Positions 49,701-55,280 of a DNA stretch of 64,000 nucleotides are shown here, one piece after another (the first letter of the stretch is position 1; each line of letters opens with the position of its first letter). This DNA is from Candidatus Zixiibacteriota bacterium (GTDB lineage: Bacteria; Zixibacteria; MSB-5A5; GN15; JACZUZ01), in NCBI GenBank assembly GCA_024280835.1, contig JAJRPJ010000018.1, forward strand, positions 69,537-133,536. Direction: 5' to 3'. The position numbers and the translations under genes are program-made. The notes under the pieces are model-generated. The model was not told the DNA's origin, made no database searches, and worked only from the letters and a program-made list of their open reading frames with translations.

Positions 49701-50377
49701 TTGACTGCCTGTGGGCCGATAGCCGCTTGTACTGGAGCTTGATTCACATTGGTAACTGTAATAGCTACCACTTCAGAATCTGTAGCGGCGCCATCAGTTG
49801 CAAAGAAGGTCACATTGAACACACCAGCTTGAGTAAAGTCTGGTGTCCAACTGAATGATCCTGTGCCATTCAGATTATCTGTGTAACTAGAACCAAGCGG
49901 CAATCCTGTCGCGCTTAGAGTCGGTGTGGTTCCATCGGCATCACTAGCTGTTGTGCCAAAGGATAATAGTACGTTTTCGTTGACTGCTTGCGAACCAATC
50001 AAAGCCAAAATTGGAGCCTGATTGACATTGGTAACTGTAATAGCAACCACTTCACTATCGACAGCCAGCGAATCGTCAGTCGCGAAGAAAGTCACACTAT
50101 AAACACCTGATTGCAAGAACGTCGGTGTCCAAGACAACGAACCAGTGCCGTTAAGATTATCTGTAAAGACCGCCCCAGTCGGCAGGGCGGAAGTTGTCAG
50201 CGCTGGAATTGATTCGATATCACTAGCAGAGATTACAACCGAGAGCAGAACGTTCTCAGATGTAGCTTGTGCGCCAATCGGACTTAGCACGGGCAAATTG
50301 TTCGCCTGCGCTAAAGCCTTTGCCGAAATCAAACAAAACACCAGCCCTGTTAAAAGCGCTATTTTTTTGATAAACAT
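34775..50377 (-). CDS. Giant (5,200 aa) secreted protein: ~52 cadherin-like/He_PIG repeats + FN3-like domain + two unknown C-terminal modules. No dockerin and no T9SS CTD.
   Basis: One uninterrupted 15.6-kb ORF. Signal peptide MFIKKIALLTGLVFCLISAKALA. Repeat unit as in the 2139-aa protein. C-terminal tail (289 aa) LDWSPITLD...HYVIYRG...YFYVIEAVDGFGRRS (FN3-like) followed by duplicated modules. Confidence 0.9.
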   Translation of the reverse strand: MFIKKIALLTGLVFCLISAKALAQANNLPVLSPIGAQATSENVLLSVVISASDIESIPALTTSALPTGAVFTDNLNGTGSLSWTPTFLQSGVYSVTFFATDDSLAVDSEVVAITVTNVNQAPILALIGSQAVNENVLLSFGTTASDADGTTPTLSATGLPLGSSYTDNLNGTGSFSWTPDFTQAGVFNVTFFATDGAATDSEVVAITVTNVNQAPVQAAIGPQAVNENVLLSFVTTASDADGTTPTLSATGLPLGSSYTDNLNGTGSFSWTPDFTQAGIFNVTFFATDGAATDSEVVAITVTNVNQAPVQAAIGPQAVNENVLLSFGTTASDADGTTPTLSATGLPLGSSYTDNLNGTGSFSWTPDFTQAGVFNVTFFATDGAATDSEVVAITVTNVNQAPVQAAIGPQAVNENVLLAFGTTASDADGTTPTLSATGLPLGSSYTDNLNGTGSFSWTPDFTQAGIFNVTFFASDGAATDSEIVAITVTNVNQAPVLALIGAQAVNENVLLSFGTTASDADGTTPTLSATGLPLGSSYTDNLNGTGSFSWTPDFTQAGLYNVTFFATDGAATDSEIVAITVTNVNQAPVQAAIGAQAVNENVLLSFGTTASDADGTTPTLSATGLPLGSSYTDNLNGTGSFSWTPDFTQAGLYNVTFFATDGAATDSEIVAITVTNVNQAPILTAIGPQAIVEGSNLAFIVSAADADGPIPVLTTNALPSVASFTDNGDGTGSFSWTPLFNQSGAFSVTFFAADGSGGLDSEIVSITVTEFGNHTPALSLIGGQSVTEGVNLSFATAATDSDSTIAVMTTSALPSGATYIDNADGTGSFSWTPDFTQAGSYSVTFFAGDGLATDSEIVSINVFESGNQAPVQAAIGIKSVSEGAVLAFATSASDPDGTIPTLNATNLPVGASYTDNTNGTGSFSWTPAFNQAGIFNVTFISTDGVLADSEIVEITVLEAGNQSPVLSAIGAQGVAEGLNLNFNINSTDPDGTIPSVSASPLPAGATFIDNADGSGTFDWSPTFVQAGAYIVTFSASDGTVIDSEVVTITITEAGNQAPVLTAIGSQSVTEGAALSFATSAIDPDATIPTLSATGLPTGATYTDNLNGTGSLNWTPNFIQSGVYNVTFFTSDGLLNDSEIVSITVVDAGNQLPVLAIIGPQSVTEGINLNLPLTATNLDGPVPALSVSNAPTGAAFIDNGNGTATFDWTPTFTQSGSYLVIFIATDDSLTADSETVSITVNEAGNQAPILSAIGAQSVIEGALLSVSINAADPDLTIPALSVTGLPLGASFTDNTDGTGTLSWTPSFVQAGAYNVTFFANDGALSDSEIVTITVNDAGNQLPVLAVIGAQAGAEGLQLLVNVSASDLDQTTPALSVSTLPSGAAFTDNLDGTGTLDWTPGFVQSGVFNITFFAADGFATDSEIVTVTIVDAGNQLPVLASIGAQIVTENINLTFGTSATDIEGASPTMSATGIPAGASYLDNANGTGTFSWIPDFTQSGNYTVTFFATDDSLAVDSEVVTITVTDAGNQTPVLAAIGAQSILEGTLLSFSIAASDLDATIPTFSALPLPTGASFVDNLDGTGTFSWTPDLTQSGVVNLTFSATDGIATDSEVVAITVIEAGNQLPILASIGAQTVAEGINLNVPVTATDPEGGLPALTTTALPSGATFVDNGNGTGVFDWTPSFVQTGIYSVTFFSTDDSLAVDSEVVTITVTESGNQAPVLAAIGPQSGSEGALLTFATSASDPDGGFPALTASSLPAGATFTDNANGTGTFNWTPTFAQSGTYNVTFFASDGFANDSEIVAITINSAGNQAPVLAAIGAQSVTENVVLAFTVTGNDPDLTTPNLSATSLPAGATFVDNLDGTASFSWTPSFVQAGVYSVTFFASDGVLNDSEVVLITVTEAGNQIPLLATIGSRSTTEGVNLNFSSSATDPDGTIPLLSALSLPTGASYTDNSDGTGVFDWTPDFTQSGTFLIIFVASDGTVSDSETVSITVLEAGNQRPVQLAIGAKSALEGATMSFVVTSSDADGTFPAMTTTPLPIGAVYTDTGDGTAAFNWTPSFTQSGTYSVTFFSSDGLLNDSEIVSITINEAGNQPPVLATIGSQSVSEGVLLSVAISATDPDNINPALSIVGLPAGATFVDNGNGTGSFDWTPTFVQGGSYNVTFRASDGAIVDSEIIIITVTESGNQSPVLAVIGSQNVNEGIALSFVTSATDPDATTPTLTTGPLPTGAIYIDNGDGTAAFDWTPSFTQNGIYNITFFANDGLLSDSEIVTITVNEVGNQSPLLATIGSQFTTEGVLLSLVVTASDPDATIPGLSVTSLPIGATFADNFDGTGTLSWTPGFTQAGVYSVTFKASDGILLDSEIVSITVIEVGNQAPVLSAIGAQSTTEGLSLAFGVGATDPDGTTPVLTTSALPSGAIFADNGNGTGSFSWNPDFAQGGTYNIVFRASDGVITDSETVVITVLEAGNQPPVLATIGARGVLEGANLNFGISASDPDVTIPTLSVTSLPTGATFIDNLDGTGVFDWSPTFVQSGTYFVTFIATDGLSSDSEIVTVSVNESGNQAPILVSIGSKATLEGVNLNFATAASDPDATTPTLTASGLPIGASYIDNANGTGVFDWTPDFTQSGTYAITFFASDGALVDSEVVTISINEAGNQSPIMVAIGAQSVTEGASLAFGINASDPDGTTPVLTSTVLPGGASFVDNGNGTGTLSWSPDFTQSGSYTVTFFASDGILKDSQIVAITVLESGNQTPVLAAIGARSTNEGALLNFGLSASDPDGTTPSFTSSALPLGATLIDNGDGTATFDWTPDFTQSGAYSITFFAGDGLISDSEIVSVVVNEAGNQPPVLAAIGAQSITEGALLSVSITAIDADATIPGLSAVGLPLGAAFVDNLDGTASLTWTPLFTQAGVYSVTIRATDGLVTDSEIVSITVIDAGNQIPVLAAVGPQGTNEGILLSFAVSALDPDSTIPALSIAPIPTGATFTDNGDGTGAFNWTPDFTQSGSYSVTVFASDGVTLDSEIVLITVNELGNQAPILATIGAQSVTEGVALGFAVSASDVDLTIPALSTSLLPLGASFTDNLDGTGSFSWSPTFVQSGSFAVTFFASDGALIDSEIVTITVTEAGNQLPILAGIGAQSITEGLALAIAVSASDTDGIAPTLTTIGLPLGATFTDNLDGTGSLSWTPDFTQAGTFNITFFATDDSLAVDSEIVTVTVFDAGNQNPVLALIGPQSIVEGANLTFGASATDPDGTIPALTATGVPAGASFTDNLNGTASLNWTPTFTQSGSYSMTVFASDGVAIDSEVVSVTVNEAGNQPPVLAAIGSQSANEGVTLSFGISSSDLDGTIPTLSGLPLPSGATFTDNLDGTGTFSWTPDFTQAGIYLVTFAANDGVVVDSEVVSITINSAGNQVPILALIGPQNSNEGVNLNFALSATDADATIPALAAVGLPTGASLTDNLNGTATFDWTPDFTQAGSYIVVFTASDGVAIDSEVVTITINDAGNQAPVLTLIGSQNVTEGATLAFSINAADADGTIPSLNTTTLPLGATFVDNGDGTGAFNWTPDFTQAGGFSVTFRASDGVAIDSEVVTITVLEAGNQAPTLAAIGPRTTNEGVALAVAVSASDPDGSIPALTTSALPSGATFTDNTNGTGAFDWTPDFTQAGIYVVTFFASDGLVIDSEQVTITVNSAGNQAPVLAAIGAQTTTEGILLSFGASATDADGTIPALTTSALPLGATFTDNLDGTGSFSWAPDFTQAGLYSIVFRASDGIVNDSEIVSISVGDAGNQAPVLASIGPRSITENNLLSFIISTSDPDATIPALTANSLPSGATFIDNGDGTGTFSWTPDFTQAGVYSVTFVASDGILDDVEIVNITVLESGNQSPVLAAIGAQAIAENALLSFTVNSSDPDGTFPALTSSALPIGAVYTDNNNGTASFAWTPDFTQAGIYSVTFFASDGVLVDSEVVQITVAESGNQAPVLAAIGSQSSTEGLNLTFGVSATDPDATIPALSVGTLPIGAAFVDNADGTGTFNWTPNFTQSGVYSITFFASDGVALDSEIVTVSISESGNQIPVLATIGPRTTTENISLAFGLSALDADGTIPFFGATGLPLGAILTDNGNGTANFAWIPNFTQNGVYFVIFTASDGVAIDSETVSITVNEAGNQIPVLSAIGAQSVNEGANLNFAITAVDPDATIPTLTTSTLPTGATFVDNGTGSGTFDWSPSFVQAGVYSVTFFVSDGLLIDSEVVSITVNSAGNQAPVLAAIGPKGVSEGANLNFGISATDADATIPTLSATNVPLGATFTDNGDGTGGLDWTPNFTQSGTYVVTFFASDGIVSDSEIVTISVSEAGNQAPVIALIGAKSVTEGAALNFVVSVTDADGTIPPLTTSALPAGASFIDNGDGTGAFSWNPTFVQAGVYSVTFGASDGVLTDSEVVAITVIEAGNQLPVLAAIGAQTVAENVALGFALSATDAESIPTLTTTALPTGASFIDNGDGTGAFNWTPTFTQSGVYSVTFYATDVSLAVDSEIVTITVTEVGNQLPVLAAIGAQTVSENVALNLALSATDAETIPVLTSSALPLGATFVDNADGTAAFSWTPTFTQAGIYSVTFFATDAVLAVDSEVVVITVTESGNQLPVLVTIGAQSILENNALNVAISATDAESTPTLSTSALPTGATFVDNADGTGALSWTPTFLQSGVYNVTFFATDASTAVDSEIVTITVIEAGNQSPVLVAIGAQSIPENTLLSFIVSASDAESIPALTTSALPSGATFNDNGDGTGTFNWTPTFTQAGIYNINFFATDDSLAASGETVTITVVEVGNQLPILAFIGSQSVSENVTLNFPVSATDQESTPILTTTALPIGAVFTDNLNGTGSLTWTPDFTQAGIYSVTFFATDDSLAVDSEVVSITVVEAGNAAPPLAVADLSALIALDAMQLDWSPITLDTGGLATTVDHYVIYRGTSAYFTPTALDSIGFTGTATITFTDNNIGGGNVIGDTLVQYFYVIEAVDGFGRRSALSNRVGEFDYQIVVTSTTNFNLIAIPFANTGITTADQLISAIGSSNVLTLNNFVAASQSFESRFAAGFGVNFAVSVGGIYQVNASVNTVFSIAGAIPAPGAVSYPIITTATNDFNFLMIPFERQVDFSVAQDIINNVPGTLNTVNNFVAGSQSYQSRFSAGFGTNFPVTPGKPYQANAAANGSFPSP
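35645..50302 (-). repeat. Array of ~52 tandem 91-97-aa cadherin-like/He_PIG coding repeats (aa 26-4911)
   Basis: Periodicity was read from the protein. The count is estimated from length (4,886 aa at about 94 aa per unit). Confidence 0.85.
48356..50029 (-). repeat. Six near-identical 279-bp (93-aa) tandem copies at the 5' end of the giant gene (repeats 2-7)
   Basis: The unit NVNQAPVQAAIGPQAVNENVLLSFGTTASDADGTTPTLSATGLPLGSSYTDNLNGTGSFSWTPDFTQAG(V/I/L)(F/Y)NVTFFATDGAATDSE(V/I)VAITVT occurs six times. 49142-49260 is letter-identical to 49421-49539, and the first 81 nt recur at 49700. Confidence 0.95.
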
Positions 50378-50417
50378 ATGCTTGATATATCTCCCTGATG
50401 CCTCTCGACTATTGAAA

Positions 50418-53129
50418 CTACTTCAGCAGAATCATTTTCTTTGTATCACGTTTCGTAGCGCCGACCATTAGTCGATATAGATAAATGCCTGTCGCCACTG
50501 AACTACCATTTGAATCACGTCCGTTCCACTCCACTGTATATTCACCTGGAGCCTTAGGACTTTCAACTAAGGTATTAACCCTTTGGCCAAGAATATTGAA
50601 AATATCCAAACGTACGTCCTGAACCTTACCACCATCTGCATCAACACCAATCGAATACGAAATTGTGGTGGTGGGATTAAATGGATTCGGATAGTTTTGT
50701 TTCAAAGCGAACGTTTCCGGCAAAACAACTTCCGCCAGCGCTTCTGTTTCAATTCTAGCGCCATTCGGGCTCGCGAGCGTAACATTGCTCAGCGTAATAT
50801 CGTCTTCAACGGAATTCGCTGACATCAAAGCCGGAATCCGCAGTATCTCAGATAGACCTTGTGGAATCAGAGTCTCTGTGTTCCAAGGCGAACTATTGTA
50901 AATCACCACTCGCATTGTTCCTGCACGGTCATTGTTATAGCGCAAACGGTACTTACTAGATATGTCGGTCAATTCTGGCGGTAGTACAGAGACTGTGGAA
51001 GGATTATAGTCGATATGGAACTCTATTCCAGCGACATCCTCTGGGAAATCTCCGAACATTGAAACATTGCTCCATTCGCCAGTCTTAATATCAGCTGGGT
51101 CTAATTCAACACTAGCCAACTGCCCACCTGAAACTGGGGCTGGTCCTGGGATAATCGGTAATCCAAAAATGAGATTGTTGATACCGACAAGATCGATAAC
51201 ATCGACTGTATCGTTCAATGATACATCGGCTGTGGCGAACTGACGCGCTGGCAAACCGAAGTTTCCTATGATATAGGCCACGACATTAACAAGATCAGCA
51301 ACATCAACAAGCTTATCGAGGTTTACATCACCGAAACGATCGACATCAATAATTCCTGGAAGCGTCAGCAATTGCACAGAACCAATTGCAGGATTTGGAT
51401 CAATTGACTCTCTACCATTCAGAAGAATCATATCGTAAGTTCCTGGCAAAGCTGTCGAATCAATGCGTAGCACAATTTGCAGAACCGCAGAACTAGCATC
51501 AGGTATGATCGCTTCATTATTGAGACCAAGTGTCACAACACGAATCAAACTGTCATTCATCGCCAACCAATCGACAATGAAGGTTCCTGTTCTGGTGGTT
51601 GTGATAATTGAATCTATTTCGATTTGACGATGTGGATACATCAAGTCAAACTGCACACCAAAAACGCTGTCTTTCAAACTGATCAAATCAATCGGAAACA
51701 AAACTGGATTGAATCCTGGAATTCCACCTGCTGGTGACATTTCTCTCACCGAAGTGGTAAAGAGCTGATCAAACTCAAGCTTTTCGACTGTGATAGTAAC
51801 CGAAACAGTATTAGAAGCATTGCCACCAGGATTATCAGTCGCGTTAAAAGAGACTACAAACGAACCAGATTGATTCAAAGTCGGCGTCCAACTAAACGAC
51901 CCACTAGCGGCAGCCGCGCTGGGAGTTGAATTGAAAGTGGCCCCTGATGGCAGATTCGACGCTGTGATAGTGATAACATGTGAAGCGGTGTCGTCAGTTC
52001 CATTAACGCTAAACGACACCAGCTCACCTTGCTTGACTGTAATTACACTAGGTGTAACTTGAGAAATAACAGGCCCATGCCCAGCAGTCTGTATTGCTGT
52101 ATAAGTACAATTCCCATTTCCGTCACAAACTCCAGGGAGTTTGAAACCAGTTGGAGGAGAAGTACACTGAGTTGATGATGTACAAGTCGGGATGGCTGTA
52201 TAAACACATTTGTTACCCACACATGCCACCGTAAAACCACTAATTGGCGCACAATTGCTAGCTCCTGTACACTCTACATTATCAAGCAGCGTATCTATCT
52301 TGAAAAATCCACTCGCCAATACTGGCACCTGCGAAAGAGACAAAACCTCTTGCGTGGTATCAAATGTAACCACCCAGTTTTGAGCGGTAGCAACCAGAGC
52401 GCAAGAAAGTTGAACAGGAGGAAACACTGTTGTATCTATTACTGGTAAATGAAGCAATGTCACTGGGCTGAGTGTCCCGACTGGTAAGTTCGTAGGTCTG
52501 ACCACAAACTTGACGCGCGCGATTTCACTGTTTCCGCCAAGAATAGAATCCAGAGCAACTGTTTCACCAGCAATTTTCGAGAGCCATTGAATCTTCAGAA
52601 TACTACTATCACGAACCTTTACCGAATTTGAACGAAACAAATCAATCGTATCAATGACTTGGAAACCGTTAACAAAGATGGTTCGAGTCAAAGCTCCACG
52701 ACCCGTTTCACGAATATCCAACCTGTCGACTATGACCGTGTCAACTGTGGTATCTGGTGGGATGACAGTATTATTTATGCTAGTGTCAATTACGGTATCT
52801 GAAAAAAGAAGCGGAATCAGTAAAGTTGAGTCATACCGAACATTCGCAGTCAGCCCCAAGAATGTAGAATCAGCCTTCAAGAATAGCGGCATCTCAACAG
52901 TGTCACCTGGCATACCTTGAAAACTAAGAATTCGCATCGTATCTGGCACGAAGGTGTTATAATTGACGCCTTCGACACATTCGAATATCTGCGCATTCGA
53001 CACTCGCGGCATAAATAGGGCAAGTAGGATTACTAATAGGGGTAACAGCGTTTGTCGCAGTCTCATTTTATACCTCAAAGTATCAGTCATGGTGTCTTCG
53101 TATTTATTGTTTCCGTTGATGACAGTCAT
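50418..53129 (-). CDS. Scaffoldin-like protein: cohesin-like 1, Cys-rich linker, He_PIG, cohesin-like 2, dockerin, cohesin-like 3, T9SS CTD (probable start ATG 53066)
   Basis: Signal peptide MRLRQTLLPLLVILLALFMPRVSNA. Cohesin-like motifs GMPGDTVEMPLFLKADSTFLGLTANVRYDSTLL, VLFPIDLISLKDSVFGVQFDLMYPHRQIEI and FPEDVAGIEFHIDYNPSTVSV. Dockerin GDVNLDKLVDVADLVNVVAYIIG...ADVSLNDTVDVIDLVGINNLIFG. CTD FALKQNYPNPFNPTTTISY...GIYLYRLMVGATKRDTKKMILLK-stop. Confidence 0.85.
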   Translation of the reverse strand: MTVINGNNKYEDTMTDTLRYKMRLRQTLLPLLVILLALFMPRVSNAQIFECVEGVNYNTFVPDTMRILSFQGMPGDTVEMPLFLKADSTFLGLTANVRYDSTLLIPLLFSDTVIDTSINNTVIPPDTTVDTVIVDRLDIRETGRGALTRTIFVNGFQVIDTIDLFRSNSVKVRDSSILKIQWLSKIAGETVALDSILGGNSEIARVKFVVRPTNLPVGTLSPVTLLHLPVIDTTVFPPVQLSCALVATAQNWVVTFDTTQEVLSLSQVPVLASGFFKIDTLLDNVECTGASNCAPISGFTVACVGNKCVYTAIPTCTSSTQCTSPPTGFKLPGVCDGNGNCTYTAIQTAGHGPVISQVTPSVITVKQGELVSFSVNGTDDTASHVITITASNLPSGATFNSTPSAAAASGSFSWTPTLNQSGSFVVSFNATDNPGGNASNTVSVTITVEKLEFDQLFTTSVREMSPAGGIPGFNPVLFPIDLISLKDSVFGVQFDLMYPHRQIEIDSIITTTRTGTFIVDWLAMNDSLIRVVTLGLNNEAIIPDASSAVLQIVLRIDSTALPGTYDMILLNGRESIDPNPAIGSVQLLTLPGIIDVDRFGDVNLDKLVDVADLVNVVAYIIGNFGLPARQFATADVSLNDTVDVIDLVGINNLIFGLPIIPGPAPVSGGQLASVELDPADIKTGEWSNVSMFGDFPEDVAGIEFHIDYNPSTVSVLPPELTDISSKYRLRYNNDRAGTMRVVIYNSSPWNTETLIPQGLSEILRIPALMSANSVEDDITLSNVTLASPNGARIETEALAEVVLPETFALKQNYPNPFNPTTTISYSIGVDADGGKVQDVRLDIFNILGQRVNTLVESPKAPGEYTVEWNGRDSNGSSVATGIYLYRLMVGATKRDTKKMILLK

Positions 53130-53177
53130 CAGTTTAACGGCTTACGTATTTGAGTGTCAATCTTCATCATATTCATA

Positions 53178-55280
53178 TTACTTCAAAAGCGTCATTTTTC
53201 TTGATTGTGCATATCCGTTGGCAGTCAAACGATAAAAGTACATTCCGCTAGCAACTGTCGAACCCTGTTCATCAGCTCCATCCCAGCGTGCGACATAGTC
53301 GCCAGACTCAAATGTTCCTTGAGCCAATGTCCGGACAGTTCTACCGAGGATATCATAAATGACCAATTTGACATTGGCCTGATTCGACAACGAATAACGT
53401 ATCTCAGTTGTCGGGTTAAACGGATTAGGATAGTTTTGCTCAAGCTCAAATGCTGTTGGCAAAACCACTGAGCCAGACTTCACCAAATTCGCTTGAAGGG
53501 TAGCGCCTTGTGCGCTCGCTAACTCTACAGCGACAAGCTCTAGCTTTTCAAAATCAACGCTGCTATTCGTCGAAACGAACAGAGCCTCGGAAAGACTCGC
53601 CGAGTTTTCATTTGAAGATCGATCGTAAGTAACGCTCTTATAGATCAAGGCCCTAAGAGTATCACCACTCTGATGTAATTTGACCTCATAACCATTCGGC
53701 AGACCGCCTTCATCAAACTTCAGTGACCGAAGAACACCATCAGCTTGAGCGACAAACGTCAACAATGCGCCGCCAACAGTGGTAGCGCTCGTTTCATACT
53801 CATTATTAGAGCTGAAACGGACAACGGCTTGATTTTCTTGACGTTCAAAAAGCACATTAATTTCGGTTGAGTATCCAGGTGCAATTCTTGGATTTGCAGC
53901 GCCATCGCCAAGAACTATCGAGAGCAATGTCACAAGATCAGCAATGGATGCCACAATACCGTCAGAGTTGACATCCGAATTGGCAAATTGCTCCGCGTTG
54001 AATCCAGACCTCACTGGATCAATAAAGTAATTTGTGAATCGAAGAGCATCGGCGACCTCAAAAGGCACGCCATTGAGATTGATGTCGCCACGTGTAATAT
54101 CTGACTGATTGACTATTTTAACACCACCGCTAGTGAACACTATGGAGTCTGAGACAATTACGCTGCCCGCCGTATCTATTAGTGTATTTGAGGCTGGTGG
54201 AGCAAAAGGACCAAAGCCAAAAATTACTGGCAGAAATAGACCCGCCAAATTGTTTTCAGAAGACACAAAGAAATTGATGGTGAATAAAATCCCGTCGCCT
54301 GGAGGGATAACTCCCGCTCCATTTGGACTTGATGTATTTGCGATGCCTACAACTTTCAAATCACCAGGGGACGGAGATCCCAACTGAAAGGTTAGTGACT
54401 CGAAATCTGAGGTCCTGGCAGTCTCATTGAAAATAGATATGAATGCCATCACACTTGGGTCATAATGCAATTCAAACTCGAACCCAGAAATCGACTTACG
54501 GTTTGTTAGTAAAACTGGGATTGAAACGACTTCACCTGGAAACGCTGTGTCAACTGCAATAGTAACCGAAAACGGAGCCCCAATCGAAACTACTACTGTA
54601 GCGCTAGCGCTAACAGAAAGCCCCCACTGGTCTGTGGCCGTTAGCACAATTGTATTCGAACCACTATCTGCTTGCTCTGGCGCCCACTTCAAATCTGCTG
54701 GGGCAGGACCGTCTGCGTTGCGCAACAAAAGTCCAGTTGGAGCTGCAGCCATTGACCACGTTATCTTGTCTTGATCAGGATCAAAAACTGTCGGCTGGAT
54801 GTTCACTGTATCCCCAACCTCGACAAAAACAGAATCAACTAATGTAATAATTGGAGCGCGGTTCCTGTTTTGAACGTGGACTACCAGAGCTTCTGAACTT
54901 TGCGATGTTCCGTCGGAGGCGACAAACATCACCGTAAAAGGTGAACCAGCTGAAGAAAGAGGCCCAAGATATTCGGAGGTCCATGAGAAATTCGCTGTGC
55001 CATCACCGTTATCGCTAAAGATCGAACCAATCGGACGCTCAATAGTTGCTAATGACAGAGGATCGCCATCGGCGTCCGCAACACGGACAGTCACTGAGAC
55101 TGTCTGGCCTTCGCTGAGATATACATCCCCCAACGGTTCAATTACTGGCGGACTGGCAGCGCTTACCTGATTTGTAACTAGTAACGAACCCACAGACAAG
55201 AATACCAAAACAACCGCAAGCATAGCCGCAAACCTAGTCAGCCCAGAAAACTTCATCTCACAGATATGAGATGAGGTCAA
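53178..55280 (-). CDS. Scaffoldin-like protein: 2 He_PIG repeats, cohesin, dockerin, X module, T9SS CTD (probable start ATG 55256)
   Basis: Signal peptide MKFSGLTRFAAMLAVVLVFLSVGSLLVTNQVSA. Cohesin FSVTIAVDTAFPGEVVSIPVLLTNRKSISGFEFELHYDPSVMAFISI...GDGILFTINFFV...FTSGGVKIV. Dockerin GDINLNGVPFEVADALRFTNYFI...SDVNSDGIVASIADLVTLLSIVLG. CTD FELEQNYPNPFNPTTEIRY...GMYFYRLTANGYAQSRKMTLLK-stop. Confidence 0.85.
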   Translation of the reverse strand: MTSSHICEMKFSGLTRFAAMLAVVLVFLSVGSLLVTNQVSAASPPVIEPLGDVYLSEGQTVSVTVRVADADGDPLSLATIERPIGSIFSDNGDGTANFSWTSEYLGPLSSAGSPFTVMFVASDGTSQSSEALVVHVQNRNRAPIITLVDSVFVEVGDTVNIQPTVFDPDQDKITWSMAAAPTGLLLRNADGPAPADLKWAPEQADSGSNTIVLTATDQWGLSVSASATVVVSIGAPFSVTIAVDTAFPGEVVSIPVLLTNRKSISGFEFELHYDPSVMAFISIFNETARTSDFESLTFQLGSPSPGDLKVVGIANTSSPNGAGVIPPGDGILFTINFFVSSENNLAGLFLPVIFGFGPFAPPASNTLIDTAGSVIVSDSIVFTSGGVKIVNQSDITRGDINLNGVPFEVADALRFTNYFIDPVRSGFNAEQFANSDVNSDGIVASIADLVTLLSIVLGDGAANPRIAPGYSTEINVLFERQENQAVVRFSSNNEYETSATTVGGALLTFVAQADGVLRSLKFDEGGLPNGYEVKLHQSGDTLRALIYKSVTYDRSSNENSASLSEALFVSTNSSVDFEKLELVAVELASAQGATLQANLVKSGSVVLPTAFELEQNYPNPFNPTTEIRYSLSNQANVKLVIYDILGRTVRTLAQGTFESGDYVARWDGADEQGSTVASGMYFYRLTANGYAQSRKMTLLK

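Noticed and set aside
48356-50029. Regularly spaced near-identical 279-bp repeats could superficially resemble a repeat/spacer array.
   Set aside because: The units are directly abutting with no spacers, are far longer than CRISPR repeats, and lie in frame within a continuous ORF encoding a protein domain. No cas genes are present.
27460-50471. Dozens of 60-150-aa plus-strand ORFs inside the two giant genes (e.g. 36585..36839, 37428..37697, 44805..45233). Many share a recurring MK.GVQ..(A/V)PVPSPLS.K.AP.G sequence, which could be mistaken for a conserved antisense gene family.
   Set aside because: They are the antisense image of the periodic sense-strand repeat, so the same reverse-frame peptide recurs every ~285 nt. 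They have no SD sites, they tile irregularly, and the minus-strand ORFs are uninterrupted for 6.4 and 15.6 kb with coherent domain structure.
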